DNA from: a virus | Taxonomy: Duplodnaviria; Caudoviricetes | Virus record (IMG/VR): IMGVR_UViG_3300012662_000009 | Span: 1 to 64,000 of that record | Strand: one strand, 5' to 3' | Length of the DNA stretch: 64,000 nucleotides | Shown here: positions 20,827 to 30,440 of the stretch, in pieces | Layout: each line of letters begins with the position of its first letter | Numbering within the stretch: position 1 is the first letter of the stretch | Made by a program: the position numbers and the translations under genes | Notes under the pieces: model-generated | What the model saw: the letters and a program-made list of their open reading frames with translations, nothing else | What the model was told of the DNA's origin: nothing | The model's database searches: none

Positions 20827-22263
20827 TTATACCCTATTATTTTCTTCTTGATCTAAATTAAGAATTTTGGTTTTTTGTGATTGAGGTCTTTTAAGGATTA
20901 ATTGATAATTCCACTCACCTAAGCTATAATTCATTATCTGTCCATCAATCATATACTGTCCCGATACTGAATTGTCTTTTTGAAATTCATCAGCTCTTGC
21001 ACCATAATCTTTAACAGTATCTTCTTTAAGTCTATCATCAAGAGCCGGTATGGTAACCTCATCTGATATTAAACCTGCCTCTTTATAATTGTTCATACGA
21101 GCATCATATTGGGTATTAGCTATATACCAGGCAAAATTTACTTTAGAACCTCGGGTGAGTGCTAAAAGAGGTGTTTTAAGAGATATTATAATTGATTCAG
21201 TCCCTAATTTTTGTATATAAGCTTCTCGGCATTGTTTAGCTAATAAATAATTATATTCTCCATAAACTTCACCCAGGTATTCACATCTCATCCAAAGATC
21301 TTTTTTAACATCTCCATCTTGTATAAGAGTATCTTTATATTCTTTAAGATTTTCTACATAACACGAAAAAACCTTATCAGTACCTGAGGAGATCTGCGCG
21401 CCTTGCCTATTGTCAATCTTAAAATCATATACATGTAATTCCAAATTAGCCCCCATAGGAAGATTATTAAGCAATGCTGGGACTTGTATAGGAGTTACTT
21501 TGACACCTTCAATCATTTCATGAGGATCGCCGGAAACCCATATCATCATCTCTTCCTCAGGTTCTATGGTATTATATCTTTCGTATATATTAGCTAATGT
21601 AATGTTATTCCATAAATCTACCCACCAATCATATATATGAGATTCATCCGATGATGCATTGCTTATTTCATTACTTAGGACATCTAAATAAGATTTATGA
21701 TCACAATATATATATCTATCATCTGACATTTCAGAACAATTCGTAGCAAAACCCAAATCAGTTGCTATGGCGACATCTCTAAAAAGATTATAAGTATCCT
21801 TTATTCCGAGACATTTGAACTGTGAATTAGTTAATTTGGGGACTTTATAAGTCCCCGTAATATTTATTTGATCTCCTGAAATATATGTTTTAGTTATATA
21901 AAATGTTAAATTAATCTTTTTATAAGCATTATCAAATTGCGGTAAGATCTGAACACGCAATTCATTATCATTATCAGGAGTGTCTATGGAACTTATAAGA
22001 TTATATCTATCTCTTACTGAAAGAGTCACAGTTGGAACTGGTCCGGTTGATTTAAGTGTAAAGTCATTAACATCTATAAAATCAACTACTATATTATTAA
22101 TTTGTATGAGGGGAGTTAAAATACCATATATAGATGTCTGCTGTACACCCGCTTTATTATAAACATAATCCGAACCGGCCTCTTCCATAGAAGAATTTGT
22201 AAGAGGTATGACTATATCGGATTGTTTAAGTTTGTTTTCAAATTCTAAAAAAATCTTCCCCAT
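20827..22263 (-). CDS. Putative baseplate hub protein
   Basis: LTRGSKV...SGQYMIDG...YQLILKR C-terminus typical of hub/gp27-like proteins; follows the gp53-like gene. Confidence 0.5.
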   Translation of the reverse strand: MGKIFLEFENKLKQSDIVIPLTNSSMEEAGSDYVYNKAGVQQTSIYGILTPLIQINNIVVDFIDVNDFTLKSTGPVPTVTLSVRDRYNLISSIDTPDNDNELRVQILPQFDNAYKKINLTFYITKTYISGDQINITGTYKVPKLTNSQFKCLGIKDTYNLFRDVAIATDLGFATNCSEMSDDRYIYCDHKSYLDVLSNEISNASSDESHIYDWWVDLWNNITLANIYERYNTIEPEEEMMIWVSGDPHEMIEGVKVTPIQVPALLNNLPMGANLELHVYDFKIDNRQGAQISSGTDKVFSCYVENLKEYKDTLIQDGDVKKDLWMRCEYLGEVYGEYNYLLAKQCREAYIQKLGTESIIISLKTPLLALTRGSKVNFAWYIANTQYDARMNNYKEAGLISDEVTIPALDDRLKEDTVKDYGARADEFQKDNSVSGQYMIDGQIMNYSLGEWNYQLILKRPQSQKTKILNLDQEENNRV

Positions 22264-22266
22264 AAA

Positions 22267-22710
22267 TTAATATATTATAACTCCAGAAGTTGAATCAATT
22301 TTAAACCGTGAATCTCCCACAATGGCCTCATTAGGCGATCTCTTAGTATTACGTTGTTTCGGTGTAGGTATGTCAATATCATCTTGCTCAGATTCTTCTG
22401 CAAGAGGTTTTATAGCAAAATCAAGTATATACTCAGGTCTTGGAAGGATTAATTTCATACCTTCATTTAATTCAAAAGGATTAGATATACCATTGATTTT
22501 ACATATTACATCCGCATACATAGAATCCCCATAAGCATCTTTGGATATCAGATCAGGTCGAGCTATGTATTGCGCAGATACATCAAAAACATTGAAATCA
22601 AAGCCATTATTAGGTAAAGCAAAAGTCATATCTAAAAGATTATATATCTCATCATTTAGATAATCGCTGTATATAGTTCCTTTGTTATTTATAACAGAAT
22701 ATAGTAACAT
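22267..22710 (-). CDS. Baseplate wedge gp53-like (LysM) protein
   Basis: RPDLISKDAYGD...ICKINGISNPFELNEGMKLILP. Confidence 0.8.
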   Translation of the reverse strand: MLLYSVINNKGTIYSDYLNDEIYNLLDMTFALPNNGFDFNVFDVSAQYIARPDLISKDAYGDSMYADVICKINGISNPFELNEGMKLILPRPEYILDFAIKPLAEESEQDDIDIPTPKQRNTKRSPNEAIVGDSRFKIDSTSGVIIY

Positions 22711-22726
22711 ACAATTATAATAATAT

Positions 22727-22763
22727 AAAAAAAAGATCCTCTAAAATATAAAGGATCTTTTTT
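22727..22763. terminator. Intrinsic terminator
   Basis: AAAAAAGATCCT...AGGATCTTTTTT. Confidence 0.75.
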
Positions 22764-22788
22764 GGTAATATATAATTTAGAAAAATAA

Positions 22789-24222
22789 TTAGCGGTGAGA
22801 CTTCCAAGTACGGAATTGATTTCTTATATGACGCTCACGCTCATCTTCGATAGTCTGGAGGCCTTCATAAACATTTTGAATAGGCTTGACATCTTCGAAA
22901 TGGATATTGTTCCAGAAACGTTCTATAGCACCTTCATTTACAAAGTTATAAAGCTTAGCTCGGCGCATGATAGATTCCTTAACAGAATCATCAGCCATAT
23001 CCCATTGGACACGTTTCTCTGCAGGCATCGCGGCTATAAATTTGGGTTCATTGAGATTTTCTGTGATGATAGCCTTGCGAGAATAATTGGGTTTGGTTAC
23101 TTCGATCGATTCCAGAACCTTAAGAGTTTCGTCTATAGAATTAAGATTGTTCTTCTTATCATCTTCTATGGACTCATCAATTTGATCTTGAATAGCTTCG
23201 CTGTAATGTTCTGTTAACCAATTCTCTATTTCAGGTGAGAACTCTTCAACAATCCATTTCTGGATACCATCAGCAAATTCTGTCTTGCACCATTTTTCAA
23301 CTTCTGTAGAATAATCTTCTACAATCCATTTCTGAACCTCAGGAGAATATTCTTCTATAATCCAATCTTGAATCTTCGGAGCAATGGATTCTACAAACAT
23401 TTCTTTGACATCTTCTTTTATGTTATTACTAAACTCTTCCTGAAGATGTTCTGTACACCAACTTTGCACTACAGGAGAATATTCTTCTATAATCCATTTC
23501 TGAATACCATCAGCGAATTTCTGCGCGTCAAAATTATTATTAGATTCATTTAATTGTTCCTGCAGATCTTCATTGGCTTGTTCTAATTCCTTGATACGAT
23601 CTTCCAGAGCGGACATCTTCTCAAGTATTTCATCTAATTCCATATTATTGTCTATTTCATTTTTTTCAGTATCTTTCTCGGTGATGTAATAAATATTACT
23701 CTCATTGATCGATTCAGCTATTTGATTTTCATTGAGATGTAATTTAGCCTGTGAAAACCCCGGAGTACCCACCAGGTCATATGTAGCGATTTTTTCAAGG
23801 CATACATTACCGGATTTATCAACATTACCTGTAGCCCGAGAAGAGATGAATAAAGGAAGGCCTCCTTCAACTATAGCCTGTGCTATTTTACCTTTAGGGG
23901 TATTAAGTAATGTTATAGAACCTGTTACAACACCATTTTCATCTATATTTATATCAGTAATCTTATGAGATACATTTTCAAGTGTTATATTCATCATCTG
24001 AGGATGCTCGAGCTCTCCAGGAATACCTCCTTCTTCCTTGATACGGTTCTTCATTTCAGTCACCATCTTGGAATAATTAGAAGTCTCGTAAACCCTCTGA
24101 TTATTATTTCTAACACCACAGACACCAAAGACTCCTGTTAAGGTCATGAGATCACCATCTCTCTTAACATTAAGATCTTTGACACCGTTAAGTGTCTCAT
24201 ATATTAAGCAGTTTTTAGACAT
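22789..24222 (-). CDS. Prohead protease (T4 gp21-like) fused to an acidic repeat/scaffold-like region
   Basis: NNNQRVY, GELEHP, ISSRATG, TYDLVGTPGF; C-terminal coiled coil and IQKWIxEEYSPE repeats. Confidence 0.9.
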   Translation of the reverse strand: MSKNCLIYETLNGVKDLNVKRDGDLMTLTGVFGVCGVRNNNQRVYETSNYSKMVTEMKNRIKEEGGIPGELEHPQMMNITLENVSHKITDINIDENGVVTGSITLLNTPKGKIAQAIVEGGLPLFISSRATGNVDKSGNVCLEKIATYDLVGTPGFSQAKLHLNENQIAESINESNIYYITEKDTEKNEIDNNMELDEILEKMSALEDRIKELEQANEDLQEQLNESNNNFDAQKFADGIQKWIIEEYSPVVQSWCTEHLQEEFSNNIKEDVKEMFVESIAPKIQDWIIEEYSPEVQKWIVEDYSTEVEKWCKTEFADGIQKWIVEEFSPEIENWLTEHYSEAIQDQIDESIEDDKKNNLNSIDETLKVLESIEVTKPNYSRKAIITENLNEPKFIAAMPAEKRVQWDMADDSVKESIMRRAKLYNFVNEGAIERFWNNIHFEDVKPIQNVYEGLQTIEDERERHIRNQFRTWKSHR

Positions 24223-24279
24223 TATTAATTGATTTTGTTTATATAATAAAATTTTGCGATTCTATAATTAAAAATTTTA

Positions 24280-24993
24280 TCATAACTTACGAGCAGTTGC
24301 CTTGCCTTTGGAAATCTCTATAACAGCTCCGTCTTCAATTTCAAGATATTTTATATTATTTTGATATAATCCATCAAAAATCTTTTTATTCTTTTTATAT
24401 ATATCTTCTCCCGCTTTTATTTGTCTTTTTAATTTATTAGCCAAGTTTGTATAATTAATCCTTATTGACGTATCAGGAGCCTTTGATTTAATGCTCAACA
24501 AATGAACATCCTTAACATTCTTTTGATTCGAAAATGACACTACACATTTATAATAATCATTCTTAATAAGATCACTTGGATCCATAGTAATACCTTTAAT
24601 GCTATTAATTTTTAATGATACAAAATTTACATCCAATATTATATCAGCGCAATTATCGCAGCTTATATAATTAATTTCTCCAGGAGCCCAATCAATATCT
24701 TTTTGAGAGGCGATGTCATAGCATATAGCAATCATTCGGTCACTCCAGGATTTTTCATCAAATTTTAGAAAACTCGGTGGGCATTTGTAGAAATATACAT
24801 TTTCAGGTGGGAAATTTGCTATGAAATATACAGTGTTATTTTGGATTTCTATAATTTCTTCTATAGGTTTATTTCTACCAAATGATACATTTTCTCGATT
24901 TCCAAACCACTGGTAGATATCTTTAACTGGACTTTTGTCTGTTAAATTATCATCAAAAACACTTTCTATTATAAAATTCTTTAAAGTTTTCAT
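24280..24993 (-). CDS. CTS-leader paralogue family member 3 (MKTLKNFIIESVFDD)
   Basis: PPSFLKFDEKSW, SQKDIDWAPG and KLKRQIK motifs. Confidence 0.8.
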   Translation of the reverse strand: MKTLKNFIIESVFDDNLTDKSPVKDIYQWFGNRENVSFGRNKPIEEIIEIQNNTVYFIANFPPENVYFYKCPPSFLKFDEKSWSDRMIAICYDIASQKDIDWAPGEINYISCDNCADIILDVNFVSLKINSIKGITMDPSDLIKNDYYKCVVSFSNQKNVKDVHLLSIKSKAPDTSIRINYTNLANKLKRQIKAGEDIYKKNKKIFDGLYQNNIKYLEIEDGAVIEISKGKATARKL

Positions 24994-24995
24994 TA

Positions 24996-26297
24996 TTATT
25001 TTTTGAGTTTATATTTACCATTCTTATCTTTTTGAACATACACCTTTGTACCATTATCACTTATATAATATATGCCTCCATCTGGTCCAGTTTTTAATAT
25101 TCTTTTTTTAAAAGTCCCATCTTCTTGGTCAACTTCATCTATAAAATCGGGATTTTTATTGGTCTGAGGGTTATTAGCAATAAATAATTTTTTAGGGTTT
25201 GAGACGCTAATTTTATTACCGCTTTCATCTGTGCAAAAATACTTGCCATTTATATTATATAATATTATATTTGCAATTTCACCATTATACTTAGTAACGG
25301 CTGTTCTTCTTATTGATGTTGGGTCAATTTTAAATCTCTCATAAACTTCGTCTGGAATGGTTTCAAAAGCATCCATTATTCCTCGCGAAGATTCTACACC
25401 ATTCTTATTAGTTCTGGATGATGGTCTTAAAATATTCTTATCTTTTCCTTCAAATCGCTTATATTCTCTCTCCAAAGTCTTTTCAACAGGCTCATAATTC
25501 CACACCAAATTCGTAGCATCAAACACCAAAGTATTATCTATAGCGTCTTCTTTTTTAGGATCTATATCACCAGTGATAAGTGCATTAATATATAATTTTT
25601 TTATATCCGCATGATCATTACATAAAGAATTGATTGCACCAAGAATTTTGTTTTGTTCCTCCTTAGTGTTTTTTGACATTTTTAATAGATTGTCAATCTT
25701 AGTCAGAATGCTTTGATCATATTTCGAAGGATTTTTACTAACTTCATTTTTTATCTTTAATAAGATCCCTTTATTGTCTATTTTATCCGAAAGATCATCT
25801 TTTAAATGACTTGCTACATTTTGATTATCCCAACGACTTGGCCCAGAAAGTTTCATTGAAATTCTTCTTTTATAATGAGCGATTCCATCTTTATCTAAAA
25901 TGACCTCGGCGATATCGGTTTTACCATTTTGACCACCTATAGCATGAACGGGAGGATTTATTTTATCCTCTTTAGGAAGACTTGCATTCATTTCGCCTAT
26001 CTTTCTGACCATTTCTTGTATCCTATTTTCGTTGTCTTTATTAGGGTTTGATTTAACAGAAGTAAAATAATCAACACATGATCGTACGTCATTTGGTTTT
26101 AATCCTGCTTCTTCTGCAGCTTGCCTAATAGTATTTTTATCTATTGTCTTATATTTTTCCTGGGTAAGATTTACCGCCATAGCAAAAAGTATTTCATAAC
26201 CAGCAGCTGTTGGCTTACCGTTTTTGAAATGATTTTTGTTAGGTTCGTCTTCTTTCTTTTCAACAATATATACAAGAAAATTGGATAAAGATTTCAT
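24996..26297 (-). CDS. Putative PD-(D/E)XK-type nuclease with CTS-like leader and C-terminal basic adaptor motif
   Basis: AGYE...KTDI...RISMK; C-terminal GPDGGIYYISDNGTKVY. Confidence 0.45.
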   Translation of the reverse strand: MKSLSNFLVYIVEKKEDEPNKNHFKNGKPTAAGYEILFAMAVNLTQEKYKTIDKNTIRQAAEEAGLKPNDVRSCVDYFTSVKSNPNKDNENRIQEMVRKIGEMNASLPKEDKINPPVHAIGGQNGKTDIAEVILDKDGIAHYKRRISMKLSGPSRWDNQNVASHLKDDLSDKIDNKGILLKIKNEVSKNPSKYDQSILTKIDNLLKMSKNTKEEQNKILGAINSLCNDHADIKKLYINALITGDIDPKKEDAIDNTLVFDATNLVWNYEPVEKTLEREYKRFEGKDKNILRPSSRTNKNGVESSRGIMDAFETIPDEVYERFKIDPTSIRRTAVTKYNGEIANIILYNINGKYFCTDESGNKISVSNPKKLFIANNPQTNKNPDFIDEVDQEDGTFKKRILKTGPDGGIYYISDNGTKVYVQKDKNGKYKLKK

Positions 26298-26298
26298 A

Positions 26299-27891
26299 TT
26301 AATTATAATAATCCTTATATACCCATTTTGTCAGACCTGAATCATACAAAGGCAGAAATCCCAATTCATATGTAACTTCTCGTTCAGTCCAGGATGAATC
26401 ATTAGACTCCTTTAATCCCATTCTTACAATATTATTCTTCATAAAAACTGATCTATGAACTCTGTCATAGGATATTTTATGAACATACCAATAAATTTTT
26501 ATAGGTTTTTTATCTGATTGAAACCCCAAAGTTTCATATAAATGTCCATTGGAGATATCATTAGAAGAATATGATATAACAGTTTCACCAGGATGTTCTT
26601 TAAGAAAGTGTTTGAAAAGTTTAGATGCCCCTCCTATGATGTTTGTATTGATCTTATTACAGAATCTTGATAATTCCCATGATTTCTTTCCTTTAGCTCC
26701 CTGACCTCCTTTCTGCTTTCCAAAGGTCATCAAAGAAACCAATTCATTATTATAATATAATCCATAACGAATAGAAGAACCTGTTTTGCCCTGTATATGG
26801 TTTTCTTCTAAGAACTTAACTGAATCATTATAAGAAACATCTTTAATGACACATTTACGAGCATAAATCTTATCTTTTATAAGACCCAATTTAGATAATA
26901 ATATAGACTTTGCAATATTAGGTTTGTTTCTTATCCAGTCTCCCCATAAAGTTATTAATTGAACTCCTTTTTCTTGGCACTCCTGAAATTTCTTGATATG
27001 ATAATTAGAAGGTTTCTTTTTAAGAGAATGCCAGAAAATACCATTACATTCAATAGCTAAATTCTGCGAAGGGATGTATATATCAAGTTCTTTGGGTGAT
27101 ATTAAAGTTCTGTTATTGGTTTCGTATTGAATATTATATTCATCTAATATAGACCTTACAAAGAGCTCGATAGAAGTACCTGATGAAAATACTTGCCTGT
27201 GAGGTATAAGATTTGTACAAGGTTCAATGTTACTGTATCTTCTACCCCAATATTTATGCGATTCGATTTTATATATTTTTTCAGAACATTTGTTGCATTC
27301 TGGATGAGGGCATTTACATGTATAGATTCTTAATCCTTCTATTTCTTCTACATTAAGAATATTTTCATTATTTTTAAGCAGTTTTTCATTGTTTGTCTTT
27401 TTTAATTTTAATTTAACCTCGTCTGTATGTATCGGATTCTCATACCCATATTTTTCTAAACATGATTGCTTAAATTTAGCGAAAGATTTTGGTGAGCCAT
27501 TTCCCATGCCGCCATATTTTGTTATGGTATTATCTATTATTTTTTTCTTAATAGATTCATTTTGAGAAGCATGTTCAACACCAAAACGCTCTAAACAAGT
27601 ATTTTTAAGTTTGTTTTTGGTGTCTTCCGAAGTCATACTACATTTATTTCCGCAGAATTTTTGATATCCAAATGAGATATATAAAAATTTTGTCTCTTTA
27701 CCACATATGGGGCATTTGGGGTGTTCTTTGATGTTGTTATAATAACAATATAAAAGTTCCGGAAACCTTTCGTAATGATAATCTTTATAAGTCTTCATTA
27801 AGTATTTATAAAATTCTGGATAATGAATTTCTATATATCGAGCTTTTAATTTCGAGCTGCAATTTAATTCTTTAAGTTCAGGTATTAACAT
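26299..27891 (-). CDS. Hef-like endonuclease / Mom-like GNAT fusion (copy B); start probably MLIPELK at 27891
   Basis: Same architecture as 13838 and 28696. Confidence 0.75.
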   Translation of the reverse strand: MLIPELKELNCSSKLKARYIEIHYPEFYKYLMKTYKDYHYERFPELLYCYYNNIKEHPKCPICGKETKFLYISFGYQKFCGNKCSMTSEDTKNKLKNTCLERFGVEHASQNESIKKKIIDNTITKYGGMGNGSPKSFAKFKQSCLEKYGYENPIHTDEVKLKLKKTNNEKLLKNNENILNVEEIEGLRIYTCKCPHPECNKCSEKIYKIESHKYWGRRYSNIEPCTNLIPHRQVFSSGTSIELFVRSILDEYNIQYETNNRTLISPKELDIYIPSQNLAIECNGIFWHSLKKKPSNYHIKKFQECQEKGVQLITLWGDWIRNKPNIAKSILLSKLGLIKDKIYARKCVIKDVSYNDSVKFLEENHIQGKTGSSIRYGLYYNNELVSLMTFGKQKGGQGAKGKKSWELSRFCNKINTNIIGGASKLFKHFLKEHPGETVISYSSNDISNGHLYETLGFQSDKKPIKIYWYVHKISYDRVHRSVFMKNNIVRMGLKESNDSSWTEREVTYELGFLPLYDSGLTKWVYKDYYN

Positions 27892-27934
27892 ATATATAAT
27901 TATATTAAAATTATCCAGTTTCTTTATATACAAC

Positions 27935-27962
27935 AAAAGAGGATTCATAGAACCCTCTTTTT
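27935..27962. terminator. Terminator after the tail tube gene
   Basis: AAAAGAGG...CCTCTTTT hairpin. Confidence 0.6.
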
Positions 27963-27986
27963 ATTAATATCGATATTCTTATAAAA

Positions 27987-28559
27987 TTACACCATGGTCT
28001 CTTGCCACCAGTCAGAAGCAAATTTGACCGTTATTGTCTGGGCATCAGCGGTATCATAATTGTATTCTGCTAAACCACCTACACCTTCTATAAGCATAAC
28101 GTCCTTGAAAACAACTTCTTGATAAATATCACCTGCGCGGTTACCAATGGAGACCTTAAGCCAGTCAGCTACATAGTCTTTCTTAAGGTGTCTTTCACCA
28201 GTCGAGAGGTCATATCCGAGTTTATTCCAAGCACGGAAAAGTTTGTAAATGTAGTTATCTGTTTCGTTTCTTAAGTTCAGCGTAAGTTCAACTTCTAACT
28301 CACAATGCGTAGTATCCATCTTAGGATTAATATAGGATCTATCAGTACCCATAAATTTCTGTTGAGAAACTGCTGGACCCTTGCCTATTTGATCCATACC
28401 AGAGATCTTAAGAACGTGCTCTGTAAGAATTGCTTCGTCTTTACCAAATTCTGCGCGAAGTGCTTCAGGGATTGTAAAAGCCACTTCAAAGAGATTAGCG
28501 TGTACCGGATCCCATAAATTTCTACCTGCTTGCGAATTAGTTATATGAGGTAATGCCAT
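27987..28559 (-). CDS. Tail tube protein (gp19-like)
   Basis: 190 aa; DPVHANLFEV, KKDYVAD and TITVKFASDWW; downstream of the sheath on the same strand. Confidence 0.85.
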   Translation of the reverse strand: MALPHITNSQAGRNLWDPVHANLFEVAFTIPEALRAEFGKDEAILTEHVLKISGMDQIGKGPAVSQQKFMGTDRSYINPKMDTTHCELEVELTLNLRNETDNYIYKLFRAWNKLGYDLSTGERHLKKDYVADWLKVSIGNRAGDIYQEVVFKDVMLIEGVGGLAEYNYDTADAQTITVKFASDWWQETMV

Positions 28560-28695
28560 AATTTGTATATTCTTTATTTTGATATAATAATAAAATTGTG
28601 TATTGGATGTTTTTAATTGAACATAATAAAATCAATATTCAATTAAATAAATGCGATGTTTTTAATTATTATTATAATAATAAATTTAACACATA

Positions 28696-30387
28696 ATGAT
28701 CATTCCGGATTTAAGCAAAGGTACTATACACCAAAAAACCTTAAAGTGCAAATATAGAGAATTTTATGATTTTGTTGATAAGAAATATGATTTTTTAACA
28801 TATTTTCCTGAAAAACTATATTGGTATAAACATGATTTAAAAGAATATCCAAAATGCCCAGTGTGTGGCAAAGATGTTAAATATTTTGTGAATGGTAATA
28901 AAGGATATAATAAATATTGTTCTTCAAAATGTTGTAATAGTGATCCTAATAAAATTAAATTAACACAAATAAATAATTATAAGAAATATGGTGTTGAAAA
29001 TATTTCTCAATTAAAGGATGTTAAAGAAAAAATTAAGAGAGTTTGTCTTGAAAAATATGGTGTTTCTTATATAGGTCAATTACCAGGAGTTAAAGAAAAA
29101 AGAAAGCAAACATGTTTAGAAAAATATGGGGTCGAATACCCCTCACAATTAGATGAATTTAAAAATAAATTTAAACAAACATGTTTAGAAAAATATGGAG
29201 TTGAGCATCCATCTAAATTAGAAGAAATTAAAGAAAAGAAAAAACAAACAAGTCTTTTACATTATGGAGTTGAGCATCCATCGCAAGACCCCGATGTTAA
29301 GCAGAGAACAAAAGAAAGTGTTAATAAAAAAATTATTGAATCGCATGATGATATATTAAATATTAAAGAAAATGATGGTGAGAGGATTTATATTTGTAGT
29401 TGTGGAAGCTGTACTAAATGCAATAAAGAATACTTTGAAATACCAAAAATTATTTATTTTTCCAGAAAATATCAGGGAATACCATTGTGCCCTATAATTG
29501 AGCCTTTTGATTTTTCTATTAAGGACACTTCCATAGAACTCTTTGTAAGGTCTATATTAGATGAATATAATATTCAATATGAAACCAATAATAGAACTTT
29601 AATATCACCTAAAGAACTTGATATATACATCCCTTCTAAGAATATAGCTATTGAATGTAATGGTATTTATTGGCATTCTTCGAAAATCAAAGATAATAAT
29701 TACCATTATGTTAAGTTTAAGACTTGTAATGAAAAAGGAGTTCAATTAATAACTTTATGGGAAGACTGGATAAGAAACAAACCAGATATTGTAGAGTCTA
29801 TATTATTATCTAAATTGGGTCTTATAAAAGATAAGATTTATGCTCGTAAATGTGTTATTAAAGATGTTTCTTATAATGATTCAGTTAAGTTCTTAGAAGA
29901 AAACCATATACAGGGCAAAACAGGTTCTTCTATTCGTTATGGATTATATTATAATAATGAACTGGTTTCTTTGATGACCTTTGGAAAAAAGCGCAGATCA
30001 ATGATGGGAACCGAAAAAGAAGAAAATATATTTGAATTGATAAGATTCTGTAATGAGGTCAATACAAACATCATAGGAGGAGCATCTAAGCTCTTCAAAC
30101 ACTTTCTTAAAGAACATCCTGGTAAAACTGTTATATCATATTCTTCTAATGATATCTCCAATGGACATTTATATGAAACTTTAGGATTTAACTTTCGAAA
30201 TGAACAATTCGGATCTTATTGGTACATTGGTAAAGATTTAATAAGATATCATAGATATAAATTTAGAAAATCGGAATTAGTTAAAATGGGATATGACAGG
30301 AACCTATCAGAGTCACAAATAATGGATGAATTACCATATTATAAAATATACGACTCAGGTATGAAAAAGTGGATTTATACAGCATAA
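28696..30387 (+). CDS. Hef-like endonuclease / Mom-like GNAT fusion (copy C), inserted between sheath and tube
   Basis: About five KQTCLEKYGVEHPS-type repeats; ELDIYIP..IECNGIYWHS; ELIRFC..GGASKL..ISYS. Confidence 0.75.
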   Translation: MIIPDLSKGTIHQKTLKCKYREFYDFVDKKYDFLTYFPEKLYWYKHDLKEYPKCPVCGKDVKYFVNGNKGYNKYCSSKCCNSDPNKIKLTQINNYKKYGVENISQLKDVKEKIKRVCLEKYGVSYIGQLPGVKEKRKQTCLEKYGVEYPSQLDEFKNKFKQTCLEKYGVEHPSKLEEIKEKKKQTSLLHYGVEHPSQDPDVKQRTKESVNKKIIESHDDILNIKENDGERIYICSCGSCTKCNKEYFEIPKIIYFSRKYQGIPLCPIIEPFDFSIKDTSIELFVRSILDEYNIQYETNNRTLISPKELDIYIPSKNIAIECNGIYWHSSKIKDNNYHYVKFKTCNEKGVQLITLWEDWIRNKPDIVESILLSKLGLIKDKIYARKCVIKDVSYNDSVKFLEENHIQGKTGSSIRYGLYYNNELVSLMTFGKKRRSMMGTEKEENIFELIRFCNEVNTNIIGGASKLFKHFLKEHPGKTVISYSSNDISNGHLYETLGFNFRNEQFGSYWYIGKDLIRYHRYKFRKSELVKMGYDRNLSESQIMDELPYYKIYDSGMKKWIYTA

Positions 30388-30414
30388 AAAATAGGACCCT
30401 TAGGTCCTATTTTT
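30387..30414. terminator. Bidirectional terminator
   Basis: AAAAATAGGACC-CTTA-GGTCCTATTTTT between convergent genes. Confidence 0.8.
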
Positions 30415-30440
30415 ATTTATATAAAGATTTATAGGGTTAC

